Of a stretch of DNA of 64,000 bases, positions 9,878 to 19,675 are shown one piece after another. Numbering within the stretch: the first letter of the stretch is position 1; each line of letters starts with the position of its first letter. Origin of the DNA: Escherichia phage dw-ec; sequence record OL739525.1; one strand, 5' to 3'. The notes under the pieces are model-generated. The model was given only the letters and a program-made list of their open reading frames with translations, was not told the DNA's origin and did no database searches. Both the position numbers and the translations under genes were made by a program.

Positions 9878-10471
9878 TTACCAAGGAATATCCTCTTCTT
9901 CCAATCTGGTATCTACTTGAGGTGGACGTGGAACCTTAACCTCTTTCACAAAACGAAGATATGGGAAACGTGTAGCAATTTTAATAACGTGTTTGGCATC
10001 TTCTCTAACGTCTTTGTGCAAGAAGCAGATCCCTGTTTCCAAGGTTGTTTCAAAATCTTTAGAATAATAACAATCCTTCCCATCAAATGCAGCCTGGCAG
10101 ATGGACAGATCGAACTCATTTAGAAAGGTTGTCATTACGCTTGGTTCCATAATCATAAGGTTGCAAAGCTGACCATCACGTTCAAACTCAAAAACGTGTT
10201 TAAGACCAGTAACACCTTCATAATTGTCAGAAGCCTCTTTGTTTCCTAGTTTACGAATATTGGTTCCCATTAAAGCAGATGCAATTAATCCTTGTATTTG
10301 TTCTTCAGTCCGATGTGCAGGAAGGGATGTATAGAAATCAAGATCACGTCCAGCAATATCAAGAATACGCCAATCACGAACAGCACCGCCAGCCAAGACA
10401 GAATTAGGATCAGCGATCTTTAATACGGTAAGAATTTCTTTGGCAATATTGATTTGTTTTGATTTAGTCAT
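9878..10471 (-). CDS. nucleotidyltransferase-fold protein (pol-beta superfamily head domain-like) with acidic IPW C-terminus
   Basis: GGAVRDWRILDIAGRDLDFYT resembles the GGAVRD...DxD head motif of CCA-adding / poly(A) polymerase class II NTases; C-terminus EEEDIPW resembles SSB tip. Confidence 0.45.
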   Translation of the reverse strand: MTKSKQINIAKEILTVLKIADPNSVLAGGAVRDWRILDIAGRDLDFYTSLPAHRTEEQIQGLIASALMGTNIRKLGNKEASDNYEGVTGLKHVFEFERDGQLCNLMIMEPSVMTTFLNEFDLSICQAAFDGKDCYYSKDFETTLETGICFLHKDVREDAKHVIKIATRFPYLRFVKEVKVPRPPQVDTRLEEEDIPW

Positions 10472-10682
10472 TGATACGCTCCACAGTTACTTTTACAACA
10501 TCATCCATATTAATCTCATCCCCCAAGACCTCAATAACACCTTCCTCATAAAGTCGAGCACATTCTTCCCACACTTCAGCTTCCGTCATTCCACCTGCAA
10601 TCTTATTTGCAAGACCTTTAATAACATCTTCATTTTGTTCATCAACAAGAATTGAAACATTAAAGCTCACTAATTTACGCAT
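10464..10682 (-). CDS. hypothetical protein
   Basis: 72 aa acidic ORF, ATG preceded by GGAGAA. Confidence 0.5.
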   Translation of the reverse strand: MRKLVSFNVSILVDEQNEDVIKGLANKIAGGMTEAEVWEECARLYEEGVIEVLGDEINMDDVVKVTVERIND

Positions 10683-10692
10683 TGTTTTCTCC

Positions 10693-10860
10693 TTATACTT
10701 CTAAACGGAAAGTTTCTTTAGATACAAAATCGTATCCACCTTTTTCAAGCCAGTCATTGTAAACCTCATCGGCTTGAGACTCTATCATAAAATACCGAGT
10801 GGTAATTTCGTCTCCGACAATACGCACAATTTTATAGCAAATCATGATACCATTTCCCAT
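10693..10860 (-). CDS. hypothetical small protein (55 aa)
   Basis: Not in ORF track (<60 aa); ATG preceded by GGAGGA RBS, start overlaps upstream stop (TAATG), translated by hand without internal stops. Confidence 0.4.
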   Translation of the reverse strand: MGNGIMICYKIVRIVGDEITTRYFMIESQADEVYNDWLEKGGYDFVSKETFRLEV

Positions 10861-11051
10861 TAATCTTCCTCCAGATCAATTTCATTATAACAATGTATGC
10901 AGAAACCATCATTGTGCATATGTTGTTCATAAGACATATCTTTACCACAAGACCAACAACGGATATCCCCATCGTCCCATTCACGTTCTTCTTCACCTTC
11001 AAATTCATCTGGTAGGTAAGGCATACCAAAATAATCTAAATCGTAACTCAT
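10860..11051 (-). CDS. small zinc-ribbon protein
   Basis: Internal ATG at 11051 with AGGAGA RBS preferred over track start; CWSC...CIHC cysteine pairs. Confidence 0.5.
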   Translation of the reverse strand: MSYDLDYFGMPYLPDEFEGEEEREWDDGDIRCWSCGKDMSYEQHMHNDGFCIHCYNEIDLEED

Positions 11052-11100
11052 ATCTTCTCCTATAAAGGGGCAGAAGCCCCTTATAAAACAATACGTTAGA

Positions 11101-13698
11101 TCAATGACAGGATGCCCAAGAATTCCCCACATCATATCCAGCAGTAAGCTGAACATTAAGATTGTAAAATTCTCCAGCCTTAGTAACAGCTAAAGCAGCA
11201 AGTTCACCTGCCCGACTATAAGCTGTAAACCATCCACCTTTGGGAGATTCATGAATGTTAGCCCAAATTTGCCCTGTCTCTTTTTCCTTATTATGCTTCC
11301 ATTCTTCGACTTTAGCAAGGCATTCTTTATCAATTTTCTTTTGTTCTTCAGGATCGTCTACTTTCTTCCAACCTAATGATTCAGGTGAAAACCATTTGAA
11401 TTCTACAAGGTTACGAGAAACTTCAAGCTGGGCTTCATCGTGATATGCAATCATTTGTTGCACGAAGTCTTTATTCTTCCAGTCATCTTTAAAGAAGTCA
11501 ACACTTAGCCCTTCTTCTTCGATCATGTCATCATAAATAACCATTGCACGTTTAGCACAGATAACCCCACCGCTTTGGAACAGAGAGTTAAGAATCGCGT
11601 GAGCAGAACGAGTAGGAACCTTACGACCGTCAATACCCAAAACATATTGTTTACCAGTCTTAACCCAGAAATCATTTAAACGTTCTTTAAGACGCGCCAA
11701 TGGGAATGCAGCTTCCCAGAAAGCATCGAACACCAATTGACCTGTAAACTTGTCGCTACCAATTGTTTTAGCAACCTTGTCGGCTTGTGCACCATAGGTA
11801 ATACCATACTTAACAGATTTAGCAGGACTACGTTCAAATTTACGTCCAATAGTTTCAGTGATACGTTTTGCCATCATTGTGTGAACATCGTTAGGTTTCT
11901 CTAACAACAGAGCGTTACAATATTCGTGTGGCTCTGGCTCGTACCGCCAACAGTAGTGTGATTCAATTTTTGCTTCCAAAGAGTCGAAGTCGTAGCCAAT
12001 CTGGAAGTACTTAGGAACCTCTACACCAAACAAGTTACGCATCTCCCATCCAAACAAAGATGTGACACGAGGAATATTAGCTACAGACCTATGCTTCATA
12101 CGAGAGGTTGCAGCATCACATGTAGCTGCTGGGGTAGGAATACGACCATCCGCCCTTACTGCGGCTAAGAAACCTTTATCATATTCTTGATCTTCCTCAT
12201 CTTCTTCCCAATCAGCACCACCGCCTAAAATAGAGTTCCTACGATGCTTATACGTTAAGTATTCTACAATCTGTGTAGCATAAGGGAATTTCTCACCTAA
12301 AGCTTGCAGGTTAGGACAGATTTCTTTTTCCTGACCTTTGGTAAAACATGGGTTAGTCAATACTTTAAGACCGCGACCCTTACCTTTTGCTATACGCTCT
12401 TGAATCTTCCTCTCCAAGGTTTCCGGTGTGCACTCCAGATGATCACAACGATCCTGACAAAAATTAGAAGACAGAGTTTGCTCAACGTAAGCTCGAATAC
12501 CTTTCTGAAGTTCTTCCTCGCTCTTTTTAATCTTGGTGCCAGATTTAAGAGTCAAGTCTTTATCTTTATATTCAGACGGTACCCAACCTAATCCTACAAG
12601 CCAGTTTTTAATATGGGTAGTATCGTTCAATGTTGCAGGGATATTAGGATCACACAAAGGCTCATCTGCTGCAACTGGCAGTTTCCATTCTTTCCCCAAC
12701 ATCACTAACCACCAATCTCCATCCCTCTCTTCCAAATGACCATCATGTTTCTTAGCAAAATTGATCATATGGTTAGTTGGCTCTAAGTTCTTTTTAATTT
12801 GCAACTTAGGTGGAATAAAAGCCTTAAGATAACCTTTTGTTGCTGGTTTAGGTGGCAAAATAGGCTCAACGAGTAAACGAAGACGCTCCATTTCTGCATC
12901 CAAAAAAGCAAGGTTCTCTTCTGCTTGTTTCATGTTAAAAGCAAACCCACGGTGTTCCTGGCGTGTAATAATGTCTGCTACACGTTGTTCAAGTTCAAAT
13001 GGACCTTCCCATTTATCATAATCACCCCATTCTTCCATAAGGTAATTATATACGCTCGTATTGGCTTTGTTGTCATAGATACAGTAATAAAGCATATCCG
13101 CAGCAAAAGTCTTAAATCGATCTTCTTCTGGAATCTCTTTACGGAAATCTATTTTTACATCACCCCCTGCCTTTCGAGAAAGTGCTGCCAAGCTATGTCC
13201 TGATTTGCCCTCAATCTTTCGATCTGGGTTTAACACTTTACTCAAAATCAAGGAGTCAATAAGTTTTACCTTATTTTTGCCCCACGTATTATATTTAACA
13301 CTGTAATCTAAACCATAAAACAGTTTTGTAGCCAACCAGTCATAGTTGATACCGTTGTGAGCCACAGCTATTTCAACCAGATATTCAGGCTTATCTTTAA
13401 AATAACCTTCATGATTAATAAAGTCTGGGAAATCTTTTAGTTGAAAATGTGTGTAATCTTGCGCCACATACTCTTTAAGAACATATGTGTATTTACCATC
13501 TGACTCTTCATAAGAACGCCCATCAAAGATGTATTTAGGGCCATCGTGGAAAGCTACTATTTCTCCTGTTTCATGGTTCTCTAAGACAATACAGTGCATT
13601 TGAAATGTGTCTTTGAGACGATAAGGACTAGCTAAATAATCGATAGTGTCATTATTCAACAATCCGTTTGCTTCAATATCCCATGTAAACTTACTCAC
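11101..13698 (-). CDS. DNA polymerase, family A (T7 gene 5-like) with 3'-5' exonuclease domain
   Basis: 865 aa; N-terminus ...DIEANGLL and C-terminus ...NSWASCH parallel T7 DNA polymerase (DIEANALL ... NWAICH); GTG start overlapping upstream stop, AAGGAGG RBS. Confidence 0.9.
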   Translation of the reverse strand: MSKFTWDIEANGLLNNDTIDYLASPYRLKDTFQMHCIVLENHETGEIVAFHDGPKYIFDGRSYEESDGKYTYVLKEYVAQDYTHFQLKDFPDFINHEGYFKDKPEYLVEIAVAHNGINYDWLATKLFYGLDYSVKYNTWGKNKVKLIDSLILSKVLNPDRKIEGKSGHSLAALSRKAGGDVKIDFRKEIPEEDRFKTFAADMLYYCIYDNKANTSVYNYLMEEWGDYDKWEGPFELEQRVADIITRQEHRGFAFNMKQAEENLAFLDAEMERLRLLVEPILPPKPATKGYLKAFIPPKLQIKKNLEPTNHMINFAKKHDGHLEERDGDWWLVMLGKEWKLPVAADEPLCDPNIPATLNDTTHIKNWLVGLGWVPSEYKDKDLTLKSGTKIKKSEEELQKGIRAYVEQTLSSNFCQDRCDHLECTPETLERKIQERIAKGKGRGLKVLTNPCFTKGQEKEICPNLQALGEKFPYATQIVEYLTYKHRRNSILGGGADWEEDEEDQEYDKGFLAAVRADGRIPTPAATCDAATSRMKHRSVANIPRVTSLFGWEMRNLFGVEVPKYFQIGYDFDSLEAKIESHYCWRYEPEPHEYCNALLLEKPNDVHTMMAKRITETIGRKFERSPAKSVKYGITYGAQADKVAKTIGSDKFTGQLVFDAFWEAAFPLARLKERLNDFWVKTGKQYVLGIDGRKVPTRSAHAILNSLFQSGGVICAKRAMVIYDDMIEEEGLSVDFFKDDWKNKDFVQQMIAYHDEAQLEVSRNLVEFKWFSPESLGWKKVDDPEEQKKIDKECLAKVEEWKHNKEKETGQIWANIHESPKGGWFTAYSRAGELAALAVTKAGEFYNLNVQLTAGYDVGNSWASCH

Positions 13699-14492
13699 TA
13701 TTCCTCCTTTCTAATGTTCTCCAGAACCCACTGAAGTTCTTTTAAACTTAAACTTCTTACTCCCGCAGTTTTACTAGCTTCAGCTTTAAGTAACGGGTAA
13801 GCCTCAATGATACGCGTTTTAAGATCAGAAGTCAAGGCTTTTAAAAAATAGGTAGATGCTTCAGATAAAGAATCTTCTTCTGATAACACTTTACCTGCAC
13901 TTGCTCCCGCTCTCCTAACGGCTATATCGTAGTCTTTACTGTTACCTAATACGAATAGTCGATTCTCTCCTAAAACAACGGGAGAACGCTTCTCGTTGCG
14001 TTTAATCCATATCTGGAATACACAAGGAACATCCCAAGGTTCTCCATGAAGAATAAAAGATCCTTTTGGACATTCTTCTTCGTAAAAAAGATGCATGTGG
14101 GGATTTAGTTTGTGTGCAAAAAAGATTTTTTGAAATGTGCGAGGCAAGATAAAACAAATACCACCTTCGTTATCCAACATTTCAGCACAATGGTTAAAGA
14201 ACTTAATGGCAAGACTGGCATTTTTTCCAAACGGAGGATTACCGACAAAAGCAGTTACACTACCAACAGACTCAACAGATTGAGCTAAAAAATCTGCCTC
14301 AATACAATCTTCAAACTTAGGGTCAATATCAAAAGAAGTTATGTTTTTAAAACAAGAAGAGAAAGCTCCTTCTCCCGCAGATGGTTCTACGTAGTTAGCT
14401 TCCTCTCCAAAAATTTCTTTGATCTTATCACATAAGAACCCCGCATAAGCGGGGTTAGTGTAATATTGATCAAGTATGTTCAACTTGCTCAA
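13698..14492 (-). CDS. putative DNA methyltransferase (amino-MTase, NPPF motif)
   Basis: EPSAGEGAF (SAM-binding motif I-like) and VGNPPFG (motif IV); TTG start with AAGGAGG RBS. Confidence 0.55.
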   Translation of the reverse strand: MSKLNILDQYYTNPAYAGFLCDKIKEIFGEEANYVEPSAGEGAFSSCFKNITSFDIDPKFEDCIEADFLAQSVESVGSVTAFVGNPPFGKNASLAIKFFNHCAEMLDNEGGICFILPRTFQKIFFAHKLNPHMHLFYEEECPKGSFILHGEPWDVPCVFQIWIKRNEKRSPVVLGENRLFVLGNSKDYDIAVRRAGASAGKVLSEEDSLSEASTYFLKALTSDLKTRIIEAYPLLKAEASKTAGVRSLSLKELQWVLENIRKEE

Positions 14493-14501
14493 TAGTCCTC
14501 C

Positions 14502-14933
14502 TTAGTTGTTAGCGAACTCAATAGTGAGGTCAACTTTACCATCATCAGAAATAACCATGTTTTTAGTATTTTTAAAGATGATGTCTACTTTACCTTCACT
14601 TACACGACAGAATGCAACACCATCTGCAACTTTATCGATATAATATTTGTAAGAAAGAATACCCACTTTACTACGACCAGCACCTTTTGTGAAAGAAGGG
14701 CTTACATCGAAACGGAAACCTTTAGAAGAAACAACACGGTAAGAACGTCCAGTTGGGATATGTTCAATAACAGAAACATTGTTCTCAACAACTTTTACAG
14801 CAAACTCTTCAGGATGATCCTCAACAATCATATGTGGGATGGCAAATGCCAACGCTTGTTTGTGTTTAATAACACCAGCACCTAGAGCACCAGCAGCTTT
14901 AACTTTTGCATTCAGATCGATTGTCATACGCAT
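14502..14933 (-). CDS. hypothetical protein
   Basis: 143 aa; GAGGAGA RBS; preceded by promoter TTGACA-17-TATACT. Confidence 0.6.
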   Translation of the reverse strand: MRMTIDLNAKVKAAGALGAGVIKHKQALAFAIPHMIVEDHPEEFAVKVVENNVSVIEHIPTGRSYRVVSSKGFRFDVSPSFTKGAGRSKVGILSYKYYIDKVADGVAFCRVSEGKVDIIFKNTKNMVISDDGKVDLTIEFANN

Positions 14934-14966
14934 TTTTACTTCTCCTCTTGTTTGGTTGATGAGACA

Positions 14967-14995
14967 AGTATAAGTCCCTTCCGCAAAGTTGTCAA
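14967..14995 (-). promoter_or_regulatory. sigma70-like promoter (TTGACA-17-TATACT)
   Basis: On minus strand, perfect -35 and near-consensus -10 between primase terminator and 14502..14933. Confidence 0.5.
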
Positions 14996-15000
14996 CAGGT

Positions 15001-15027
15001 ATTTTTAATAAAAGGGCCGAAGCCCTT
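15001..15027 (-). terminator. rho-independent terminator
   Basis: AAGGGC-uucg-GCCCUU stem-loop (UUCG tetraloop) followed by U-rich tract on minus strand after primase-helicase stop. Confidence 0.65.
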
Positions 15028-16804
15028 AATAGTTGCTATCCGTAGGCAAATTAGCAGGATTGTTGAAATACTGCTCTTTGTCATGCAGAGTTGCAGTTCT
15101 AATGTCATAGTAAAACTGCCCTGCCGGACCAGTTTCCGAGAACTCACGGTTTTTTAGGATAAAGCAATGAGTCGTATTGCGTTCTACAGGGTCTTCAGCG
15201 GCTTTATCTCGTTCCAAAGCCAAGGTAATACCAGCACCTTTAGCCAAAAAACTACTACCCATTGCATCGTCCTCTGTTAAGTGTTCATTGCCACCATTAG
15301 CCGATTTCTTAACGTGTGAGATGACGATAATAGTTATAGCGTACTCTTTCATGATGCGCTTCAACCATGTTGCTAACTCTTCCTGGGCTTGAACATCCAT
15401 ACCAGAAAGCAAATCAGAATAAGGGTCGATAACAAGAATTGTTACTCCAAAATAGATGATCATCTCCAAAACTTTTTCTTTGATAGACTCCACATCTGCT
15501 CCACGATCATCACACACATAAAAACGTGGTGATCCATCTTCTCTTTCGTAAAAATCTAGGATTTTTTCTTTATTCTCTTCCAAGATTTGAAATTTCTCTT
15601 CCGGTGTTTTCCTGTGTAGAGGAATATGCAGGAACGAGGACAACAGGTTACGAGAATATTTCTTATAAGTTGCTTCCAAGGACAGAATACCCAAGGTATG
15701 TTCTGGGTGAGCAACAATAATATGTTTGGTGATCTCGTTCACCATCAAAGTTTTACCGATACTGGTCTTTGCCAGGATCACTGTAATCTCTTCCTCTACT
15801 AAACCACCACCCAGCATATTTGCAGCAACACGCATAAAAGGAGGCAAGGTAATCATCTTGGATTCCAAGCATTCTAATGCAGCTTCATACAAGACATTAG
15901 AAGCATAAACACCTGCTGGGGTGTATAGACGAGCACTCCAAAAAGCTTTTACGAAATCTTTTGCACGACCTTCTTCCAGATACTGATTGGCATCCTTAAG
16001 ATCCATCTGCATACGGTAGACTTTGTTACGGGGCAGCACCTTAACAATATTTTCAAATGCCTCATTACCTGCTTTGTCATTATCCATGCAAACAATAATC
16101 TTCTTAAATTTTTCAAAGAAAGGATATTGTGCCTGAACTTGTTTATACATACTGGTTTCACCAGTTGTGCCACTAACTACTGCTGGAAGTTCATATTTGT
16201 TGTCCAAGTTTTCAGACAACATTTGATAAGCTGCCAGAGCATCGTGTTCACCACCTGTAATTACCACAGTATGAGAACGGTCTGCAAAACGAATTTGTCC
16301 AAAAAGATCTACATCTTTACCTACTTGACCAATAGGTTTACTGAAATCTTTAGGATGGATACGACGCTTAAAACCAACCAATTCTTTACCGATGGTAGTT
16401 GGATATAAACAACTTTCTACTACCATCTGATCCCCTTCCTGACGGTATTCATAACGAACACCATAGAAAGATGAAACTTTTTCTTTAATGCCTCGATAAC
16501 CACGTGGGTTGGTTGATGTTTCTTGAACAATTTTACGATGAATCTGTTTATTAAATTCCGAACCCACAATCTCCTCCTCTTCTTCTAAAACTTCACCATT
16601 TTCTCGTAACCATTCTACGCTAGGAATAGTGTATTCACACGCAAAGCACTTAGCACCTTTATGCTCTCCATTAGAATCTAATCCATAAACCATCAGGTTA
16701 TTACGAGAGCGATCCTTGCCATTTTTCATGCAGCGCGGACAACCTGTATGCCCTTCCTTGCTAAGATCAACATCAAATCCATATTTAGTTATAATGTGCG
16801 ACAC
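15026..16804 (-). CDS. DNA primase/helicase (T7 gp4-like)
   Basis: 592 aa; N-terminal zinc-binding CPRC...CFAC, central TOPRIM-like region, C-terminal DnaB-family helicase with Walker A (AKTSIGKT); GTG start with AGGAGA RBS. Confidence 0.85.
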   Translation of the reverse strand: MSHIITKYGFDVDLSKEGHTGCPRCMKNGKDRSRNNLMVYGLDSNGEHKGAKCFACEYTIPSVEWLRENGEVLEEEEEIVGSEFNKQIHRKIVQETSTNPRGYRGIKEKVSSFYGVRYEYRQEGDQMVVESCLYPTTIGKELVGFKRRIHPKDFSKPIGQVGKDVDLFGQIRFADRSHTVVITGGEHDALAAYQMLSENLDNKYELPAVVSGTTGETSMYKQVQAQYPFFEKFKKIIVCMDNDKAGNEAFENIVKVLPRNKVYRMQMDLKDANQYLEEGRAKDFVKAFWSARLYTPAGVYASNVLYEAALECLESKMITLPPFMRVAANMLGGGLVEEEITVILAKTSIGKTLMVNEITKHIIVAHPEHTLGILSLEATYKKYSRNLLSSFLHIPLHRKTPEEKFQILEENKEKILDFYEREDGSPRFYVCDDRGADVESIKEKVLEMIIYFGVTILVIDPYSDLLSGMDVQAQEELATWLKRIMKEYAITIIVISHVKKSANGGNEHLTEDDAMGSSFLAKGAGITLALERDKAAEDPVERNTTHCFILKNREFSETGPAGQFYYDIRTATLHDKEQYFNNPANLPTDSNY

Positions 16805-16816
16805 TTTGTTCTCCTG

Positions 16817-17095
16817 TTAAAATGGTTCGTTAGTCTCCATCATATATTCTGCTTCTAGTTCTTCCATGTGCTTTCTAAATTGGAAAGCAATTTCTGCTAC
16901 AGTTACATTTAAATCTTTTTCAAAAACTTCTGTAGAGCCTTCGTAAAAACGAATACCGTCAATTAAAAGCCCTCCGTGGTAATCCCAATCACTTTCACGA
17001 GAAAGCGGGTTAGGCTCTTCATAATAGTAATCCACCTCCACGACTAAAGCTTTCCCGTTACGAGTGGTGTATTCAAAATCAAAAGTGTTAATCAT
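16817..17095 (-). CDS. hypothetical protein
   Basis: 92 aa ORF tightly packed between primase and glycosyltransferase genes. Confidence 0.55.
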   Translation of the reverse strand: MINTFDFEYTTRNGKALVVEVDYYYEEPNPLSRESDWDYHGGLLIDGIRFYEGSTEVFEKDLNVTVAEIAFQFRKHMEELEAEYMMETNEPF

Positions 17096-18039
17096 TATAG
17101 CTCCTCAAATAAAAGTCTACGACGCTCATTCAACACATCAATGTGATAATGAGTCCTGACATACTTAGCTAATGCTAATCCTTTCTCCATGCAAACATCG
17201 GGAGCACTTAATAAGTATTCCGTAATATCTTTCCACTCGGAAGGTGTTTCAGCAAAGAATAACAAATCTTTAAACTCTTGCGTATGATAATTCTCACGAG
17301 GAGAACAGATCAAAGGTAAACCCTTAGCACCTGCCTCAAGAATTTTAAGATTGCTTTTTGCATTATTAAACACGTTATCAATCAATGGCGCAAGACTGAT
17401 TTGATGACCATCGTAAGATTCCATGTAGTTGGCATATGGTCTTACACCTTCATAAACACAAGTTGGTGCTACATTTTCTCTGATTACAGACCATTCACGA
17501 CTACTTAAAACTTCAGAATCCCTACGAAAACCACATATTGTAAGATCTTTACCAAAATCGGGCAAGATAGCCAAATCTTGTTTATGTGTTTCACTTCCAG
17601 CCCAGACTAATGGAGTTTTGGAGTAGCGATCACGGGTCAACACAAATTGACCTTCATCGTAAGGAAGTCCATTAGGGATTATGTGCACATTATCATTGTA
17701 TTGTGAAAGTTCAACTTGCAAAGCAGGTGTCGTAGTTGTGACAAGATCGCTGTGCTCTAAAAACCATTTTAAATGTTCACGAATACCTGATTCAAAAATA
17801 CCTTCTAACATGTGTCCTTTTGGAATAACTAAAGAGTCATCCAAATCCATAACCATTTTAAAGCCTAGGTTTTTAAGGGCTAAAAAGCCCTGTTTACCTT
17901 TTGTTGGCACCCCGTTAAAAACGAAAACGTTGTGTTTAGGTTGTGAAGAGAACTGCCTTGAGTAAGGCAGCACTACCCTATGGAAATCGCAGACACTATA
18001 ATTGATTCCGTTACGATTGTCAAGAATTATTTGTCCCAT
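17095..18039 (-). CDS. putative glycosyltransferase (GT-B fold), paralog 1
   Basis: 314 aa; C-terminal SNLKILEAGAKGLPLICS resembles GT-B (GT4-like) E..G.P motif; tandem paralog of 18047..18994. Confidence 0.55.
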   Translation of the reverse strand: MGQIILDNRNGINYSVCDFHRVVLPYSRQFSSQPKHNVFVFNGVPTKGKQGFLALKNLGFKMVMDLDDSLVIPKGHMLEGIFESGIREHLKWFLEHSDLVTTTTPALQVELSQYNDNVHIIPNGLPYDEGQFVLTRDRYSKTPLVWAGSETHKQDLAILPDFGKDLTICGFRRDSEVLSSREWSVIRENVAPTCVYEGVRPYANYMESYDGHQISLAPLIDNVFNNAKSNLKILEAGAKGLPLICSPRENYHTQEFKDLLFFAETPSEWKDITEYLLSAPDVCMEKGLALAKYVRTHYHIDVLNERRRLLFEEL

Positions 18040-18046
18040 ACTTCAC

Positions 18047-18994
18047 CTACAAACTTTCAATAACCTGGCGTCGCAACTCGTTTGCATCTGCCAGATTATA
18101 ATGTGTTCGAACATGTTCCGCCAAGAACAAACCACGATCTTCCCGATAGTTTGGATTGCGAAGAAGCTTAACAATTTCGTAATGCCATTCTGCTTTATTC
18201 TCTGCGTAAGCAACAGCGCGAGCATCTACAGGGTTAAAATAAGGTAATACCTTAGAACAAACAATTGGAATACCTTTTGCTCCAGCTTCCAGGATTTTGA
18301 GATTACTTTTACAATTATTAAAATCATTATCTACCAAAGGAGCTATAGCAATAGCATGACTTTCGTAAACACTCATGTAATTATCTAAATCTTTTACAGC
18401 GGCTTTATATTTGGCATTTGGTAAATTTCTGCGAATCTTAATCCACTCTTGTCCCGTGATGCTTTGTGATGCTTCATATCCCGCAATAGTAAGAAGTTCA
18501 TCATCGAAAGTATTAGAGACTAGTCGTAAATCTGGTTCGTGACTAGCACCGCCAGCCCATACAACAGGGGTACCGGATGAACGATCATTTGACAAAGTGA
18601 ATTGTCCACTATCAAAAGGAAGTGCATTTCGGATCACAACAACATTCCTATTTAAGTGACGGATCTTATATGCCAAATATTCTGTAGTCACAATAACCAC
18701 ATCAGCAAGCTTAACCATAGCTACAATAGCATGAGTGTTTGACTCGTATAGACTTGCTAAATAATGTTCTGGATTAAGTTGGTAGAAATCATCTAAATCT
18801 ACAACAATCTTAACACCTTGACGTTTCAAAGATAAAACGTATTCTGCACCTTTAGAGTGGATACGGTTAAACACAACAACATCTTTCTTAGGTTGAAGAT
18901 TATGGTTGTTAAATGGCATAACAATACGATGATAGTCACAACCGCTGTGAGGTTTTGCATCAATTTTTAGTTTAGACCATTTTTTATTTGACAT
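18047..18994 (-). CDS. putative glycosyltransferase (GT-B fold), paralog 2
   Basis: 315 aa; shares CD(F/Y)HR(V/I)V(L/M)P N-terminal motif and SNLKILEAGAKG(L/I)P C-terminal motif with 17095..18039. Confidence 0.55.
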   Translation of the reverse strand: MSNKKWSKLKIDAKPHSGCDYHRIVMPFNNHNLQPKKDVVVFNRIHSKGAEYVLSLKRQGVKIVVDLDDFYQLNPEHYLASLYESNTHAIVAMVKLADVVIVTTEYLAYKIRHLNRNVVVIRNALPFDSGQFTLSNDRSSGTPVVWAGGASHEPDLRLVSNTFDDELLTIAGYEASQSITGQEWIKIRRNLPNAKYKAAVKDLDNYMSVYESHAIAIAPLVDNDFNNCKSNLKILEAGAKGIPIVCSKVLPYFNPVDARAVAYAENKAEWHYEIVKLLRNPNYREDRGLFLAEHVRTHYNLADANELRRQVIESL

Positions 18995-19667
18995 GTGCTA
19001 GTGCCTCCTCATAGGAAATTCGGATTTTCCCATTTTTAATATCCTCTAAAGATGCTTTATATTCTTCCCAGTTAATCCCGATAGCAGCTTCTTTCTCTTC
19101 TTTTGTCAGATTAGCAAAAGGCATAGGATTGTTTCCAAAAACATCGTCTGGGTGGATATAAGCCATGATACGAAGTGGACAAGGTGTTGCCTGAATACCA
19201 TGATTCAAACCAGCAGCTTGTAAACGGTGTCCCCATTCAGCATCTTCAAAACCATAACCATGAGTGTAAGGACGGAAATAACCCATCTTCTCAACAACGG
19301 CACGAGAATACATTGCAAATTGACACATTGCAAGTTCCCAGAGAATAACTTCTCCTTTGCTTCCAACAACTTTATCTTTGAAGTACTCCGGCATACCAAA
19401 GAAATCCCATCCTCCAGAGACAGCTTGATCTACAAAATATGTTTCCCATCCCTCCATGACTGGGTAGCAATCGTCGTCAAAAATAAACCAATAATCATAA
19501 CCTTCTTCATAAAACTGGTGCATAAGTTCATTCCTGGCATAAGCTACACCTTTACGGTCTGGATCGTTGAATACTCGAAAATCTGCACGTGGATCTGTTA
19601 CAAGGTAGTCTTTAAGTGGACGGACACCTACAGTGATAACACCCACTCCGATTTTAATATTTTCCAT
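18984..19667 (-). CDS. putative glycosyltransferase (GT-A fold, DxD)
   Basis: 227 aa; WFIFDDDCYP (DxD) and YGFEDAEWGHRL motifs typical of GT-A family 2-like enzymes. Confidence 0.6.
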   Translation of the reverse strand: MENIKIGVGVITVGVRPLKDYLVTDPRADFRVFNDPDRKGVAYARNELMHQFYEEGYDYWFIFDDDCYPVMEGWETYFVDQAVSGGWDFFGMPEYFKDKVVGSKGEVILWELAMCQFAMYSRAVVEKMGYFRPYTHGYGFEDAEWGHRLQAAGLNHGIQATPCPLRIMAYIHPDDVFGNNPMPFANLTKEEKEAAIGINWEEYKASLEDIKNGKIRISYEEALAHVK

Positions 19668-19675
19668 TTTCTCTC

